Positions 1 to 9,530 are shown, numbered from the stretch's first letter. The stretch: 38,798 nt of DNA from Thiotrichaceae bacterium (GCA_037447095.1 JBBIHI010000001.1:1-38798); one strand, 5' to 3'. Made by a program: numbers and translations. The notes: generated by a model not told the origin, from the letters alone.

Positions 1-791
1 AAATCGGCCTCATTAATCCGGCGCTGCGGTTTGAACAAATTAGGCAGGTGTGCATAGTTGAACACCGAGATACGATCCGGGGACAAACCAATAATGGTAT
101 CCAGGGTCTGCCGGAAACTGTCCACCGTCTGGAAAGGCAGGCCATAAATCAAATCGACGCTGATCGACTTCGCACCATATGCCCGACATGCCTCAATCAC
201 GGCACGGGTCTGTTCAATCGGCTGGATGCGGTTTACCGCCACCTGCACACGCTGGTCGACATCCTGCACACCCAGACTGAAACGGTTGAAACCGATTTCC
301 CGTAACACACCTATCGTATCAGGCGTTACCGAACGCGGGTCAATTTCAATGGAATAATCACCCTCATCCGTAATATGCAGGGAAAAGTGCTGGCGCGTCT
401 TATCCATCAAGGCACGCATTTCATCGTGGTTCAGGAAAGTAGGTGTACCGCCCCCCCAATGCAACTGCTCCACAGTACGGTCACGATCATACAATTTTGA
501 CTGCATTTCGATTTCGCGGAACAGGTACCTTAAATAAGTATCTGACAGGCTACGGTCTTTGGTCGCTATTTTATTACAGGCACAGTAAAAACATACGGTA
601 TCGCAAAACGGGATATGGAAATACAGTGACAGGGGCAACGGAATCGGGTCTTCGTTGCTCATATAGGCATGAGCCTTGTATTCGTCTTCGGTGAATGGTG
701 CAAAGGCAACCGCTGTCGGGTAAGAGGTATAACGCGGCCCCGCCGTATCATAACGACGGATTAAATCTGCATCAAACTGGACTATGCTCAT
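1..791 (-). CDS. hemN: Oxygen-independent coproporphyrinogen III oxidase (radical SAM); 3' end runs off the window
   Basis: Not in the ORF track; translated by hand from ATG at 791 (RBS GAGG): MSIVQFDADLIRRYDTAGPRYTSYPTA...SLYFHIPFCDTVCFYCACNK (CxxxCxxC)...HWGGGTP...SIEIDPR...NYAHLP. All segments checked are in the same frame down to base 1. Confidence 0.96.
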   Translation of the reverse strand, partial: MSIVQFDADLIRRYDTAGPRYTSYPTAVAFAPFTEDEYKAHAYMSNEDPIPLPLSLYFHIPFCDTVCFYCACNKIATKDRSLSDTYLRYLFREIEMQSKLYDRDRTVEQLHWGGGTPTFLNHDEMRALMDKTRQHFSLHITDEGDYSIEIDPRSVTPDTIGVLREIGFNRFSLGVQDVDQRVQVAVNRIQPIEQTRAVIEACRAYGAKSISVDLIYGLPFQTVDSFRQTLDTIIGLSPDRISVFNYAHLPNLFKPQRRINEAD

Positions 792-882
792 ATTAACCTC
801 TTGAAACACCCGGATGGGCGGCTACATAAATGCGATATGCCGCGCGTAAATGCAAGTTTGCGATAACAAAGCTTATGCTAAG

Positions 883-896
883 TTGACCTGCATCAA
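883..896. promoter_or_regulatory. FNR/ANR box upstream of hemN
   Basis: TTGACCTGCATCAA against consensus TTGAT-N4-ATCAA (1 mismatch); hemN is a classical FNR target. Confidence 0.85.
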
Positions 897-930
897 GAAA
901 CCCGCATCGCATGGATTGTATCCCCCACAC

Positions 931-1057
931 AAAACAGGTTTAATGATTTCCGAAGCCTGCTGGCATCGATGTTCGTTACCTCCTCTGGTTAGCAGGCTTC
1001 ATCAACGCTCTACATACCCTAAAGCACTTGACCCTCCTTTTGGAGGGTCTCCTTTTT
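931..1057 (+). ncRNA. Candidate small RNA divergent from hemN (ends approximate)
   Basis: Perfect 10-bp stem GAAGCCTGCT (952-961) / AGCAGGCTTC (991-1000) with a CCTCCT-containing loop, a + strand terminator at 1030-1057, no credible + strand CDS, and an FNR box centred about 41 nt upstream. Confidence 0.4.
1030..1057 (+). terminator. Intrinsic terminator on the + strand with no annotated gene upstream
   Basis: GACCCTCC-TTTT-GGAGGGTC followed by TCCTTTTT. Confidence 0.6.
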
Positions 1058-1067
1058 CAGGATACCG

Positions 1068-1108
1068 AAAAATACAAAAAGGCCACCACACTTTCCAGTG
1101 CAGCAGCC
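1068..1108 (-). terminator. Intrinsic terminator of ccoG-ccoH
   Basis: Minus strand reads GGCTGCTGCACT-GGAA-AGTGTGGTGGCC then TTTTTGTATTTTT; the stem needs G-U pairs that form only on the minus strand. Confidence 0.7.
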
Positions 1109-1131
1109 TCTCGACTACTTAGTGGCTCCCC

Positions 1132-1635
1132 TTACAGGGCCGGTTCCAGCTTTATCTCCTGGATGGATGCATTATCCATCGTCCCCCCCAGGCGCCAGCT
1201 TTCATCCAGCGGCAACAAATCCACAAACCATTTGCCCGCCGCCAAGGACTGGATCTGCCCTTCCCACAAACCAGTACCTGCTTTGTGCAAAGCTATCGCT
1301 TGGTCGTGGCCTGCTATGGTGGCATGGGACAGTTTCAACTGTAATTGCTGCGCGGACTCCAGTTGCGGGCTACTCATCGACAGTTGAACCTTATCCCCTT
1401 GAAAAGAAAGGGTTCCACTCAAACCCAACTTCTGGGCAAGCTTCCCCCGATCCAGTGAGCGGTTAATAGCCTGACCTTCCTTGTAATAGTCATCAACCAC
1501 CAACCCGTCGCGATTAGACGCCGCAATCGAATAGGTATAAAGCCCCGCCACCACCGCAGTAGCAGGCATCGCCATCAGTGCCCATGGCCAGAACTGGCGA
1601 TACCACGGTTTTGTATCCTCAACAACACGCATCAT
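1132..1635 (-). CDS. ccoH: FixH/CcoH family cbb3 oxidase assembly protein
   Basis: KPWYRQFWPWALM N-terminus, a TM segment and the DGLVVDDYYKEGQAIN motif; directly downstream of ccoG. Confidence 0.92.
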   Translation of the reverse strand: MMRVVEDTKPWYRQFWPWALMAMPATAVVAGLYTYSIAASNRDGLVVDDYYKEGQAINRSLDRGKLAQKLGLSGTLSFQGDKVQLSMSSPQLESAQQLQLKLSHATIAGHDQAIALHKAGTGLWEGQIQSLAAGKWFVDLLPLDESWRLGGTMDNASIQEIKLEPAL

Positions 1636-1655
1636 ATTTCAGCTAACTCCTGCCA

Positions 1656-3053
1656 TTATTTAACGGGACCCAAAAAACGGGCTTTCTGGTCTTCGGCAAG
1701 CTTGGGGTTGTCATCGGCAACGATATGGAACATGACTTCCTGGCTACGCGCAGTCATACGGTCAGGATTAGCACGCACACTTACAGGAACCTCTGCCACT
1801 TTACCCGCACCTACCTGAATATTTTCCGCACCCTGAATCTGCATACCTTCGATACCTGATACCGTTACCGTATATTTGTGGATCGCCTCATCCATATTGA
1901 TGACTTTCAGGGTGTAAATGTTCTCGACATTACCATCCCCCGTGTCGCGGAACAAGGCATTACGGTCACGGATAATATCCATCCCCAACGGTACACGTTG
2001 CAGGATGGAATACAGCAAGGCCAACGCGATCAACATCAACAAACCGGCATAGACAAAGGTACGCGGACGCAACACATGCGTTTTTCCACCATTCAGAACA
2101 TTTTCTGTCGTATAGCGCACCAAGCCCCGTGGATAGCCCATTTTATCCATGATGTCGTCGCAAGCATCAATACAGGCTGCGCAACTGATGCACTGGTATT
2201 GCAAACCTTCACGGATGTCAATGCCTGTCGGGCAAACCTGCACGCACATACTGCAATCGACGCAATCCCCTTTCCCGGCTGGCTTGTCCACACCACGTTT
2301 ACGGGCACCGCGAGGCTCACCACGTGCTTCATCATAGGAAATGATCAGGGTGTCCTTGTCAAACATCGCACTTTGGAAGCGGGCATAAGGACACATGTAA
2401 ATACAGACCTGTTCACGCAGGAAACCGGCATTACCGTAGGTGGCAAAACCGTAGAACAATGTCCAGAACAGTGCCCAACCGCCCAATGTGCCAGCAACAG
2501 CATCCTGCCACAGGTTTTCAATCGGGACGAAATAGCCAACAAAGGCAAACCCCGTTAACAAGGAAAAAGCCAGCCACAAGAAGTGCTTGATGACTTTTTT
2601 CTTGATCCTGGTTCCATTCCAGGGGCCATTATCCAGCTTGACCTGCTGGGGACGGTCGCCCTCCACCCATTGTTCAATCCAGATAAATACTTCGCTCCAA
2701 ACCGTTTGCGGACAGGCATAGCCACACCATACCCGCCCTGCCAGCGACGTTACGAAGAACAACAGTAATGCGGCCAGAATGAGCAGCACTGCCAGATAGA
2801 AAACATCCTGTGGCCAGAAAACCATGCCAAAGATGTAAAACTTCCGGGCTGGCAGATCAAACAAAACCAAGTGCTGATCATTCCACTTCAACCAAGGCAG
2901 TATGTAATATAAGCCCAGCAACCCCCACACACTCAGCTTACGCAAAACAGTAAACGTACCTTTGGTTTTGCGCGGATAGATTTTCTTGTGCTTCTGATAG
3001 AAGCTCCCAGCATCATCGTTCCCGGTGTCTGCCTTAACAGAGTTTTCGGACAT
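1656..3053 (-). CDS. ccoG: Cytochrome c oxidase accessory protein CcoG (4Fe-4S ferredoxin-type membrane protein)
   Basis: GRVWCGYACPQTVW, CIYMCPYARFQSAM, CVDCSMCVQVCPTGIDIR, CISCAACIDAC. Start placed at the second ATG on RBS spacing (ORF track gives 3059). Confidence 0.96.
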   Translation of the reverse strand: MSENSVKADTGNDDAGSFYQKHKKIYPRKTKGTFTVLRKLSVWGLLGLYYILPWLKWNDQHLVLFDLPARKFYIFGMVFWPQDVFYLAVLLILAALLLFFVTSLAGRVWCGYACPQTVWSEVFIWIEQWVEGDRPQQVKLDNGPWNGTRIKKKVIKHFLWLAFSLLTGFAFVGYFVPIENLWQDAVAGTLGGWALFWTLFYGFATYGNAGFLREQVCIYMCPYARFQSAMFDKDTLIISYDEARGEPRGARKRGVDKPAGKGDCVDCSMCVQVCPTGIDIREGLQYQCISCAACIDACDDIMDKMGYPRGLVRYTTENVLNGGKTHVLRPRTFVYAGLLMLIALALLYSILQRVPLGMDIIRDRNALFRDTGDGNVENIYTLKVINMDEAIHKYTVTVSGIEGMQIQGAENIQVGAGKVAEVPVSVRANPDRMTARSQEVMFHIVADDNPKLAEDQKARFLGPVK

Positions 3054-3185
3054 ATCCATACCCCTTTCACCTGATTCACACAGATGTGTAAGCTACCATC
3101 CAAAACCTTGGAATCATTTGACAAAAAGCGATTTGGAAAACAGTTTACTCTTTTACAAATCACTTTCACGACTTTTATCAAGAAA

Positions 3186-3214
3186 CAGGCCGTCATACGA
3201 CGGCCTGCTTTTTT
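3186..3214. terminator. Hairpin/terminator between ccoP and ccoG
   Basis: CAGGCCGTC-ATAC-GACGGCCTG flanked by A- and T-rich runs. Confidence 0.65.
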
Positions 3215-3232
3215 GTATTGGCTACTAACCAA

Positions 3233-4129
3233 TCACTTATGAGACAAGCTGTAAACGTAAGCTGCCAGCAGGTGAACCTTGTCGGCCCCAAGGAAATCAC
3301 CATGAGCAGGCATCTTGCCATTACGACCCTTGGAAATGGTTTCCTTGATGGTGTCAATGGAAGAACCATACAACCAGGTATTGTCAGTCAGGTTAGGCGC
3401 ACCCATTGCCTGGTTGCCCTTGGCATCAGCACCGTGACAAGCCACACAATCCAGGGTTGGATACATTGCCTTGCCTGCTGCGGCTTTGGCAGCATCCACA
3501 CTTTCAGTACGGCCACTCAGGCTGGCAATGTAGTTGGCAACCTTGTCAAGGTCTTCAGGACTCAAAGCCGGATGAGGCGGCATTGCACCCTGGCGACCCA
3601 TCATGATGGTTTGCTCAATCTGGGCAGGCTCACCGCCGTACAACCAGTCATTGTCAGTCAGGTTAGGGAAGCCTTTATTACCATGCGCATCAGAGCCATG
3701 GCAGATCGCACAATAGCTAAGGAACATACGACGTCCCATGCCCAGTGCTTCCTCATCCTTGGCAACCTGATCAATGGGCATGGCCGCATACTTCTTGAAG
3801 ATCGGGTCGTATGTTGCCGCAGCCTGAGCCATTTCGGCATCGTACTGGCTACCATGCGAACTCCAACCCAACACGCCCTTGAAGTTCCCCAGCCCTGGGA
3901 AGAGCACCAGATAACCCAAAGCAAAGACCATGGTAATGTAGAACAACCACAACCACCAACGTGGCAGCGGATTGTTATACTCTTCCAGACCGTCCCAGAC
4001 ATGCCCGGTCACGGAACCCTCTGCTGCTTCACCCGGACGACGCTTTGTTGTCCAGCGAACCAACCAGTAACAGGCAAAAATATTGCCCAGTGTGATCACA
4101 AGGTCGAAACGCCGACTCATTCCACTCAT
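3233..4129 (-). CDS. ccoP: cbb3-type cytochrome c oxidase subunit III
   Basis: TGHVWDGLEEYNNPLPRWW motif and two haem-c motifs (CAICH, CVACH). Confidence 0.97.
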   Translation of the reverse strand: MSGMSRRFDLVITLGNIFACYWLVRWTTKRRPGEAAEGSVTGHVWDGLEEYNNPLPRWWLWLFYITMVFALGYLVLFPGLGNFKGVLGWSSHGSQYDAEMAQAAATYDPIFKKYAAMPIDQVAKDEEALGMGRRMFLSYCAICHGSDAHGNKGFPNLTDNDWLYGGEPAQIEQTIMMGRQGAMPPHPALSPEDLDKVANYIASLSGRTESVDAAKAAAGKAMYPTLDCVACHGADAKGNQAMGAPNLTDNTWLYGSSIDTIKETISKGRNGKMPAHGDFLGADKVHLLAAYVYSLSHK

Positions 4130-4305
4130 TTGTCTACCTCCTTAACTGACGCATCGTGTAATTTCTGCTCTTCTTCATCGAAAATGGAGTTGGCGTCATC
4201 TTCAAAGCGCTTTTTGCGCCTGCCGCTATACGCCCACCACACTACGCCAAAAAAAGCGATCAACACCATCAGCGTCGTTATTCCACGGAAATCGTCATAA
4301 CTCAT
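4126..4305 (-). CDS. ccoQ: cbb3-type cytochrome c oxidase subunit IV (59 aa, not in the ORF track)
   Basis: Hand translation MSYDDFRGITTLMVLIAFFGVVWWAYSGRRKKRFEDDANSIFDEEEQKLHDASVKEVDK*; the stop overlaps the ccoP start (ATGA). Confidence 0.93.
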   Translation of the reverse strand: MSYDDFRGITTLMVLIAFFGVVWWAYSGRRKKRFEDDANSIFDEEEQKLHDASVKEVDK

Positions 4306-4312
4306 ACCATTA

Positions 4313-4927
4313 TCACCGTTTGGTCTTAATGGCAGTTCCCAGATTTTGCAGGTAAGCGATCAGGGCATCCTGTTGGGTTTTACCCTTGACCTCATCCTGC
4401 GCCTTGGCAATTTCCTCATCGGTATAAGGTACGCCCAAAAACTTCATGGTCTTCATCTTGGCAGCCGTATCCGCACCATCCAGTACGTTTTGGGACAACC
4501 AAGGGAAGGCAGGCATGTTGGATTCAGGAACCACATCACGAGGATTATTCAGATGCGCACGATGCCAGTCATCGCTGTAACGCCCACCAACACGTGCCAG
4601 ATCAGGGCCAGTACGTTTGGAACCCCATTGGAACGGATGGTCGTAGACAAACTCACCGGCAACTGAATAGTGCCCGTAACGTTCAGTTTCAGCACGGAAA
4701 GGACGGATCATCTGTGAATGGCACAGATAGCAACCATTCTGGAGATACACATCACGCCCTTCCAGTTGCAATGCGGTATAAGGTTTCAAACCTTCAACCG
4801 GCACGGTCGTGTCCTTCATGAAGAAGAGTGGCACAATCTCGGCCAACCCACCCATGCTCACCACGATCACAATCAACAAGGCCAACAGCCCTGTGTTTTT
4901 CTCAACTAACTCATGTCCGCTACTCAT
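4313..4927 (-). CDS. ccoO: cbb3-type cytochrome c oxidase subunit II
   Basis: [21 protein letters not shown] and [18 protein letters not shown] motifs. Confidence 0.97.
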   Translation of the reverse strand: MSSGHELVEKNTGLLALLIVIVVSMGGLAEIVPLFFMKDTTVPVEGLKPYTALQLEGRDVYLQNGCYLCHSQMIRPFRAETERYGHYSVAGEFVYDHPFQWGSKRTGPDLARVGGRYSDDWHRAHLNNPRDVVPESNMPAFPWLSQNVLDGADTAAKMKTMKFLGVPYTDEEIAKAQDEVKGKTQQDALIAYLQNLGTAIKTKR

Positions 4928-4939
4928 GATCCATCCTCC

Positions 4940-6376
4940 TTAGTGGGCAACTGCCGGAATGACTGCATCAACAGGCTTGGTGCCAACGACAGTTTTCCAC
5001 ACGTTGTAAGCCATAATGAACATACCGGCCAGAACCAGCACACCACCAACGAAACGCACGAAGTAGAACGGATACATGGCTGCCACAGACTCGACAAAAC
5101 TGTAGGTCAATGTCCCGTCAGGGTTGACTGCACGCCACATCAAACCTTGCAGTACACCAGAAATCCACATGGCTGCAATGTAGAACACCACACCGATGGT
5201 CATGACCCAGAAATGCACTTCAATCAGTTTGGTGCTGTACATTTTTTCACGACCAAACAGTTTTGGGATCAGCGCATACAGGGAACCGATAGAAACCATG
5301 GCTACCCAACCCAAAGCACCGGAATGGACGTGACCGATAGTCCAGTCAGTGAAGTGGGACAGTTCATTAACAGTCTTGATGGACATCATCGGGCCTTCAA
5401 AGGTAGACATACCATAGAAGGACAGGGAAACGATCAGGAAGCGCAGGATAGGGTCAGTACGCAATTTGTGCCATGCACCAGAGAGGGTCATGATACCGTT
5501 GATCATACCACCCCAGGATGGAGCCAGCAGGATCAGGGAGAACACCATACCCAAGGATTGGGTCCAGTCAGGCAGCGCAGTGTAGTGCAGATGGTGGGGG
5601 CCAGCCCACATATAAGTGGAGATCAACGCCCAGAAATGCACAACAGACAAACGGTAAGAATAAATCGGACGTTGCGCCTGCATTGGCACGAAGTAGTACA
5701 TCATCCCCAGGAACGCTGCTGTCAGGAAGAAACCAACCGCGTTGTGGCCGTACCACCATTGAACCATTGCATCAATCGCACCAGGGTAAACGGAGTAAGA
5801 CTTCCACCAGTCATGGCCACCGAACAATACAATCGGAATCTCGGCATTATTGACCAGATGCAGCAAAGCGATGGTCAGGATATACGCCCCAAAGAACCAC
5901 AGTGCCACATAGATGTGTGAAGTCCTGCGTTTCATGATGGTGCCAAAGAACAGGATTGCATAGGCCACCCATACAATGGTGATCAATATGTCAATCGGCC
6001 ATTCCAGCTCTGCATATTCCTTGGAAGAGGTAATCCCCAACGGGAACGTAATCGCCGCCAGCAAGATAATGAGCTGCCAACCCCAGAAGACAAAAGCAGC
6101 CAGCTTGTCGGAAATCAAACGCACGTGGCAGGTACGCTGTACAGCATACAGCGAGGTCGCAAACAGGGCGGAACCCCCGAAAGCAAAAATGACTGCATTG
6201 GTATGCAGCGGACGCAGACGGCTGAATGTCAGTTCAGGAATACCAAAATTCAGTTCCGGCCAACGCAACTGTGCAGCAATGATCACGCCCACCAACATGC
6301 CGACGATCCCCCAGACCACCGTCATAATGGCAAACTGCCGCACGACCTTGTAATTATAGGTCTGCTGATTTTCCAT
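4940..6376 (-). CDS. ccoN: cbb3-type cytochrome c oxidase subunit I
   Basis: [45 protein letters not shown]. Start ATG at 6376 follows a GGAGG RBS. Confidence 0.98.
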   Translation of the reverse strand: MENQQTYNYKVVRQFAIMTVVWGIVGMLVGVIIAAQLRWPELNFGIPELTFSRLRPLHTNAVIFAFGGSALFATSLYAVQRTCHVRLISDKLAAFVFWGWQLIILLAAITFPLGITSSKEYAELEWPIDILITIVWVAYAILFFGTIMKRRTSHIYVALWFFGAYILTIALLHLVNNAEIPIVLFGGHDWWKSYSVYPGAIDAMVQWWYGHNAVGFFLTAAFLGMMYYFVPMQAQRPIYSYRLSVVHFWALISTYMWAGPHHLHYTALPDWTQSLGMVFSLILLAPSWGGMINGIMTLSGAWHKLRTDPILRFLIVSLSFYGMSTFEGPMMSIKTVNELSHFTDWTIGHVHSGALGWVAMVSIGSLYALIPKLFGREKMYSTKLIEVHFWVMTIGVVFYIAAMWISGVLQGLMWRAVNPDGTLTYSFVESVAAMYPFYFVRFVGGVLVLAGMFIMAYNVWKTVVGTKPVDAVIPAVAH

Positions 6377-6492
6377 AAGTCCCTCCGAAAAAGTTGAACA
6401 CCTCACCGGGGAGCCATGTAATCACACAAGCACGCTGTGTGAAATCACACACTCCGGTGCGTCAAGCATCTACTAGAGCCGTGCTAACATGT

Positions 6493-6506
6493 TTGACTAA
6501 AATCAA
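6493..6506. promoter_or_regulatory. FNR box (proximal) upstream of ccoN
   Basis: TTGACTAAAATCAA (minus strand TTGAT-TTTA-GTCAA). Confidence 0.85.
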
Positions 6507-6552
6507 CATTGGCTGTGGCAGATTGGAGACACTGATACAAAATTCAAATTCG

Positions 6553-6566
6553 ATGACTTATATCAA
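6553..6566. promoter_or_regulatory. Second (distal) FNR-like box upstream of ccoN
   Basis: Minus strand TTGAT-ATAA-GTCAT, 60 bp from the proximal box. Confidence 0.6.
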
Positions 6567-6588
6567 GTAATCTCCAATCTTCTGGCGT

Positions 6589-9495
6589 CTAAACAGGACG
6601 CGAACCTGTTGAATTTCTGGTGAAATAAAGCGCAGCCGACAAAGCGTGTTGGTTAAAATCAACCCGAACCGTACTATCAACCGGGCTTTGCCTTATGCCG
6701 CCCTGTGCCCATTCCAGATATGGCACGACCATTTTGTCGCGCTCCTGAACCGTAAGGCTGTCCAGGAAAGCAAAACCTTTCAGGCAAGCTTCCGCAAAGT
6801 TCCGGTAGTTCCATCCCCCGTTTCCGTGTGCGTACATGACTGAAGCAACGGCAGCGACCGCTTCCAGATAGACTGCGGTCATGTAATCTGCCCTGCCATC
6901 CGTTTGCTGCCAGGTTGTAAAGCCACCATCCTGCATTGACTGGAACTGCACAATCCACTCGCACATTGCGTTGGCCTGTTCCAGCCATTCGGAGCGGTGT
7001 TCCATCTGCCAGCAGGCAACCCATGCCTGGGCAAGCCAACTGACCTGATCAGCGCGGCGCTTGTACTGGAAACGATGCCAGTAATACGCCTGCGCCCGTT
7101 GCAACTTTCCTGCATCAAGCTTGCTCAATCCCGCCTGACAGGCCAAGGCCAAAGCCAGCAGCACCTGCCCTGGGATATAATCCTGGTAAACATCCTGCGG
7201 GTAGGAAACATTGGGGTAAATGTAATTCTCGATCCGGCCATGTGGATCAATGGCTCCCCACAAGGTTTCCGCCAGTTCTGCAGCAAGGCTGGCATCTTCC
7301 AGGGAACACGAATCCTGGCTACTCAACGCCATCAGTAACAGGGAAGCACCTGCCAGTGTGTCATAACGGCGTTCTGCGGGATTAACCGTTTCCGCCAGCC
7401 AGCATTTCCCCGCATCCCGCTGCACGAAGCCTTTAAGGTAAACCAGCAACGCATCCAGTTTGCCTCCATCAACCACCGCCATCCCCTGTTGGCGGGCGCG
7501 TGACAATACCCACGCCGCATGGGCTGTGCGTACATTATCCATGCTACCCGTCACCTGATGTGCAAACGGCTGGTAATAAAAGTGCATACCTCCCTGTTCG
7601 GTCTGCTGGCGCTGGATATACGCCGCCCAGCTATCGCATAGCGGTTGCAAGCGGGTTTCCATATCACGGTCTGCGGCAGATGGGCGGGGGAAAGCTTTTT
7701 CCAGCCATTGTACGTTCTGCCCATCATCCAGCCAGGTACTGCATTCATAGCGCCGCCACGCATACGGCCCTTCGGTAATACCGGCCTTGTCCAGCAAGGC
7801 TTCGACATATCCCTTCTCATCGTAACCTGCTGTTACCGGCCAGTCAGGCAGTAACAATGCCTCACGCCCACCCTGATGAACCATCAACGCCTGCTCGGCA
7901 AAACGCACTGGCGTCATGACTTCATCCGGCTGGTACGCCCCCAGTTCCAACGGCGCATACAACAGGGAAATTTTTACTTTCAAGCCATCCAGATCACCTA
8001 CGTCCAGGGTAGAGGCAAACCGTTCATCATGCAGTGCTGCTTCTGCCAATACCCGCAAATCACTGTCCAGATCGCCGACCTGTTTGCCCATGCAACCCAG
8101 CATCCGGTAGCCGGAATAAATGCTCAGGAACAGGGAATCCAGCGCCGGGCACAAATTCTCTGGCAACGCCCCGCCCCTGACTGCCTGCCCAGTAACAGCC
8201 GCCTGTATGTACGCCCGTGCCCGCTGGCCAATCAGCCGCGCAATCGCCGCAGACTCAAACCAGCGGGGTTCAGTACCTGAGCGCCCTACCCCACTTTTCT
8301 GCCAGTCCACATCGGCCTCAACCAGCTTGAAAACATCATGCCGGTACAAGGTATGTGGTTCGAAAGACACCAGCCCGGCATTATTGCGGTAGGCATACTG
8401 GAACTGTTGCCCACTGACCGCAATACCCGGCATACGTGGCAATGCGCCCCCCATTTTGTCGGGACGTTCATTGCTGCGCACCACAATCCCATAGCGGTCA
8501 TTATCCAGATCACCTACCGAGCAGGCTTCCAGACGGGAAAAGAATGTCACCGCAATGGCGCAGCGTTCCAGCATGGCAATCCCTTCCGCGCCATGTGGCA
8601 AATGCAAACCGGCCTGCCAGCTTGCCAGCACCACATCCCTGGCGGCGCTATACACCGGCTCGCCCGGAAAATGCCAGAAACCATCCCGCGCCGGACGCAC
8701 CTGGATATTGTCACGCTCACGCAAACTGACGTAACAACCACCCTGATGGCTATATTGCCGGTCAAGCGTTTCCGGCGGGCGTAACAGTTTTCCCGATGCC
8801 AGAAATTCTCCCAGTACCTGACGGGCAAGCGCCATAGGTGACAAACCTTCTGCTGCCGCCTGCTCATGCCACTGTGGCGTAACCCGTGTGTAATGCTTGC
8901 TCGGGTTCAGTACTGGCCTCGGCTCATTTTCCAGGCACGGGGCAATGTCACGGTCAACATCAAACAAGGTTTCCATGTGATAACCCTGTTCCTGCATCAA
9001 GGCAAAACCGCCATACCAGTCAAACCGTACCAGACAAACGCCCCCTTCCACCCGGAATCCTTCTGCTTCCAGAATATCGCGGCACTTTTGCATGGAAATC
9101 CCGGAACTGACCGAATCATCAATCAGGATCACCGGCTCATCGCGCTTGGCACGCCCTTCGATCAGCTTCAGGGAACCGTGTGCCTTACGTTCCTTGCGTA
9201 CCAGCAACCCTTCATAACGCCCGTTGGATTGCATGACACAGGCTGTCAGCAAGGGGATGGCGGTCGTACCATAGGTTGCAATTTGCCTACCCTCAAACTT
9301 GTCCAGTAATTCCAGCAGGCAGGCGGCAGCCAGATTCAGCCCCTCGTGGGAAAGTGATACGCATAAGGAATCCAGCATCCAGCGCCCGGTGGTGCCATCA
9401 CGGGACAGGACAGGTTGGGTTGCGGTTCTATACAAAATGCCATCGCGGACAATCAGGGATAACAGGCGGGCTTTTTTCTCAGGTAGGGTATCCAT
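6589..9495 (-). CDS. Multidomain protein: orotate-PRTase-like domain + two AMMECR1 domains + C-terminal alpha/alpha-toroid (six-hairpin/terpene-cyclase-like) domain
   Basis: aa ~1-185: LVRKERKAHG..LIEG and PRPP loop VILIDDSVSSGISM. aa ~218-393: GGCYVSL, YGIVVR, GGALP, NAGL, LYRHDV. aa ~415-590: LFLSI..MLGCMG, AALHDERF, ALLLP, LLDKAGI. aa ~612-960: helical repeats with QW-like YIQRQQTEQGGM and WIVQFQSMQDGGF, plus YIPGQVLLAL and VRVDFNQHALSA. Domains called by motif recognition only. Confidence 0.8.
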   Translation of the reverse strand: MDTLPEKKARLLSLIVRDGILYRTATQPVLSRDGTTGRWMLDSLCVSLSHEGLNLAAACLLELLDKFEGRQIATYGTTAIPLLTACVMQSNGRYEGLLVRKERKAHGSLKLIEGRAKRDEPVILIDDSVSSGISMQKCRDILEAEGFRVEGGVCLVRFDWYGGFALMQEQGYHMETLFDVDRDIAPCLENEPRPVLNPSKHYTRVTPQWHEQAAAEGLSPMALARQVLGEFLASGKLLRPPETLDRQYSHQGGCYVSLRERDNIQVRPARDGFWHFPGEPVYSAARDVVLASWQAGLHLPHGAEGIAMLERCAIAVTFFSRLEACSVGDLDNDRYGIVVRSNERPDKMGGALPRMPGIAVSGQQFQYAYRNNAGLVSFEPHTLYRHDVFKLVEADVDWQKSGVGRSGTEPRWFESAAIARLIGQRARAYIQAAVTGQAVRGGALPENLCPALDSLFLSIYSGYRMLGCMGKQVGDLDSDLRVLAEAALHDERFASTLDVGDLDGLKVKISLLYAPLELGAYQPDEVMTPVRFAEQALMVHQGGREALLLPDWPVTAGYDEKGYVEALLDKAGITEGPYAWRRYECSTWLDDGQNVQWLEKAFPRPSAADRDMETRLQPLCDSWAAYIQRQQTEQGGMHFYYQPFAHQVTGSMDNVRTAHAAWVLSRARQQGMAVVDGGKLDALLVYLKGFVQRDAGKCWLAETVNPAERRYDTLAGASLLLMALSSQDSCSLEDASLAAELAETLWGAIDPHGRIENYIYPNVSYPQDVYQDYIPGQVLLALALACQAGLSKLDAGKLQRAQAYYWHRFQYKRRADQVSWLAQAWVACWQMEHRSEWLEQANAMCEWIVQFQSMQDGGFTTWQQTDGRADYMTAVYLEAVAAVASVMYAHGNGGWNYRNFAEACLKGFAFLDSLTVQERDKMVVPYLEWAQGGIRQSPVDSTVRVDFNQHALSAALYFTRNSTGSRPV

Positions 9496-9530
9496 TATTT
9501 CAGTGCCTTATTGTTGGTTTATGCGTATAA

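Noticed and set aside
940-985. Minus-strand GGAGG followed by an 8-codon ORF (MPAGFGNH)
   Set aside because: SD-ATG spacing is long (about 12 nt), the ORF lies downstream of the ccoH terminator, and it is better explained as the complement of the candidate sRNA loop.
3168-3181. Possible FNR box upstream of ccoG (minus strand TTGAT-AAAA-GTCGT)
   Set aside because: Only one good half-site; too weak to list as a feature.
4090-4129. Atypical charged CcoP N-terminus (MSGMSRRFDLV)
   Set aside because: A canonical-looking S-A-F (tcg gcg ttt) is present in a shifted frame, so compensating indels or assembly noise could explain it. This cannot be judged without reads.
8941-9495. Calling the 968-aa gene pyrE
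   Set aside because: Only about the first fifth is PRTase-like, the orotate-binding hood is divergent, and there is no pyrimidine-pathway context.
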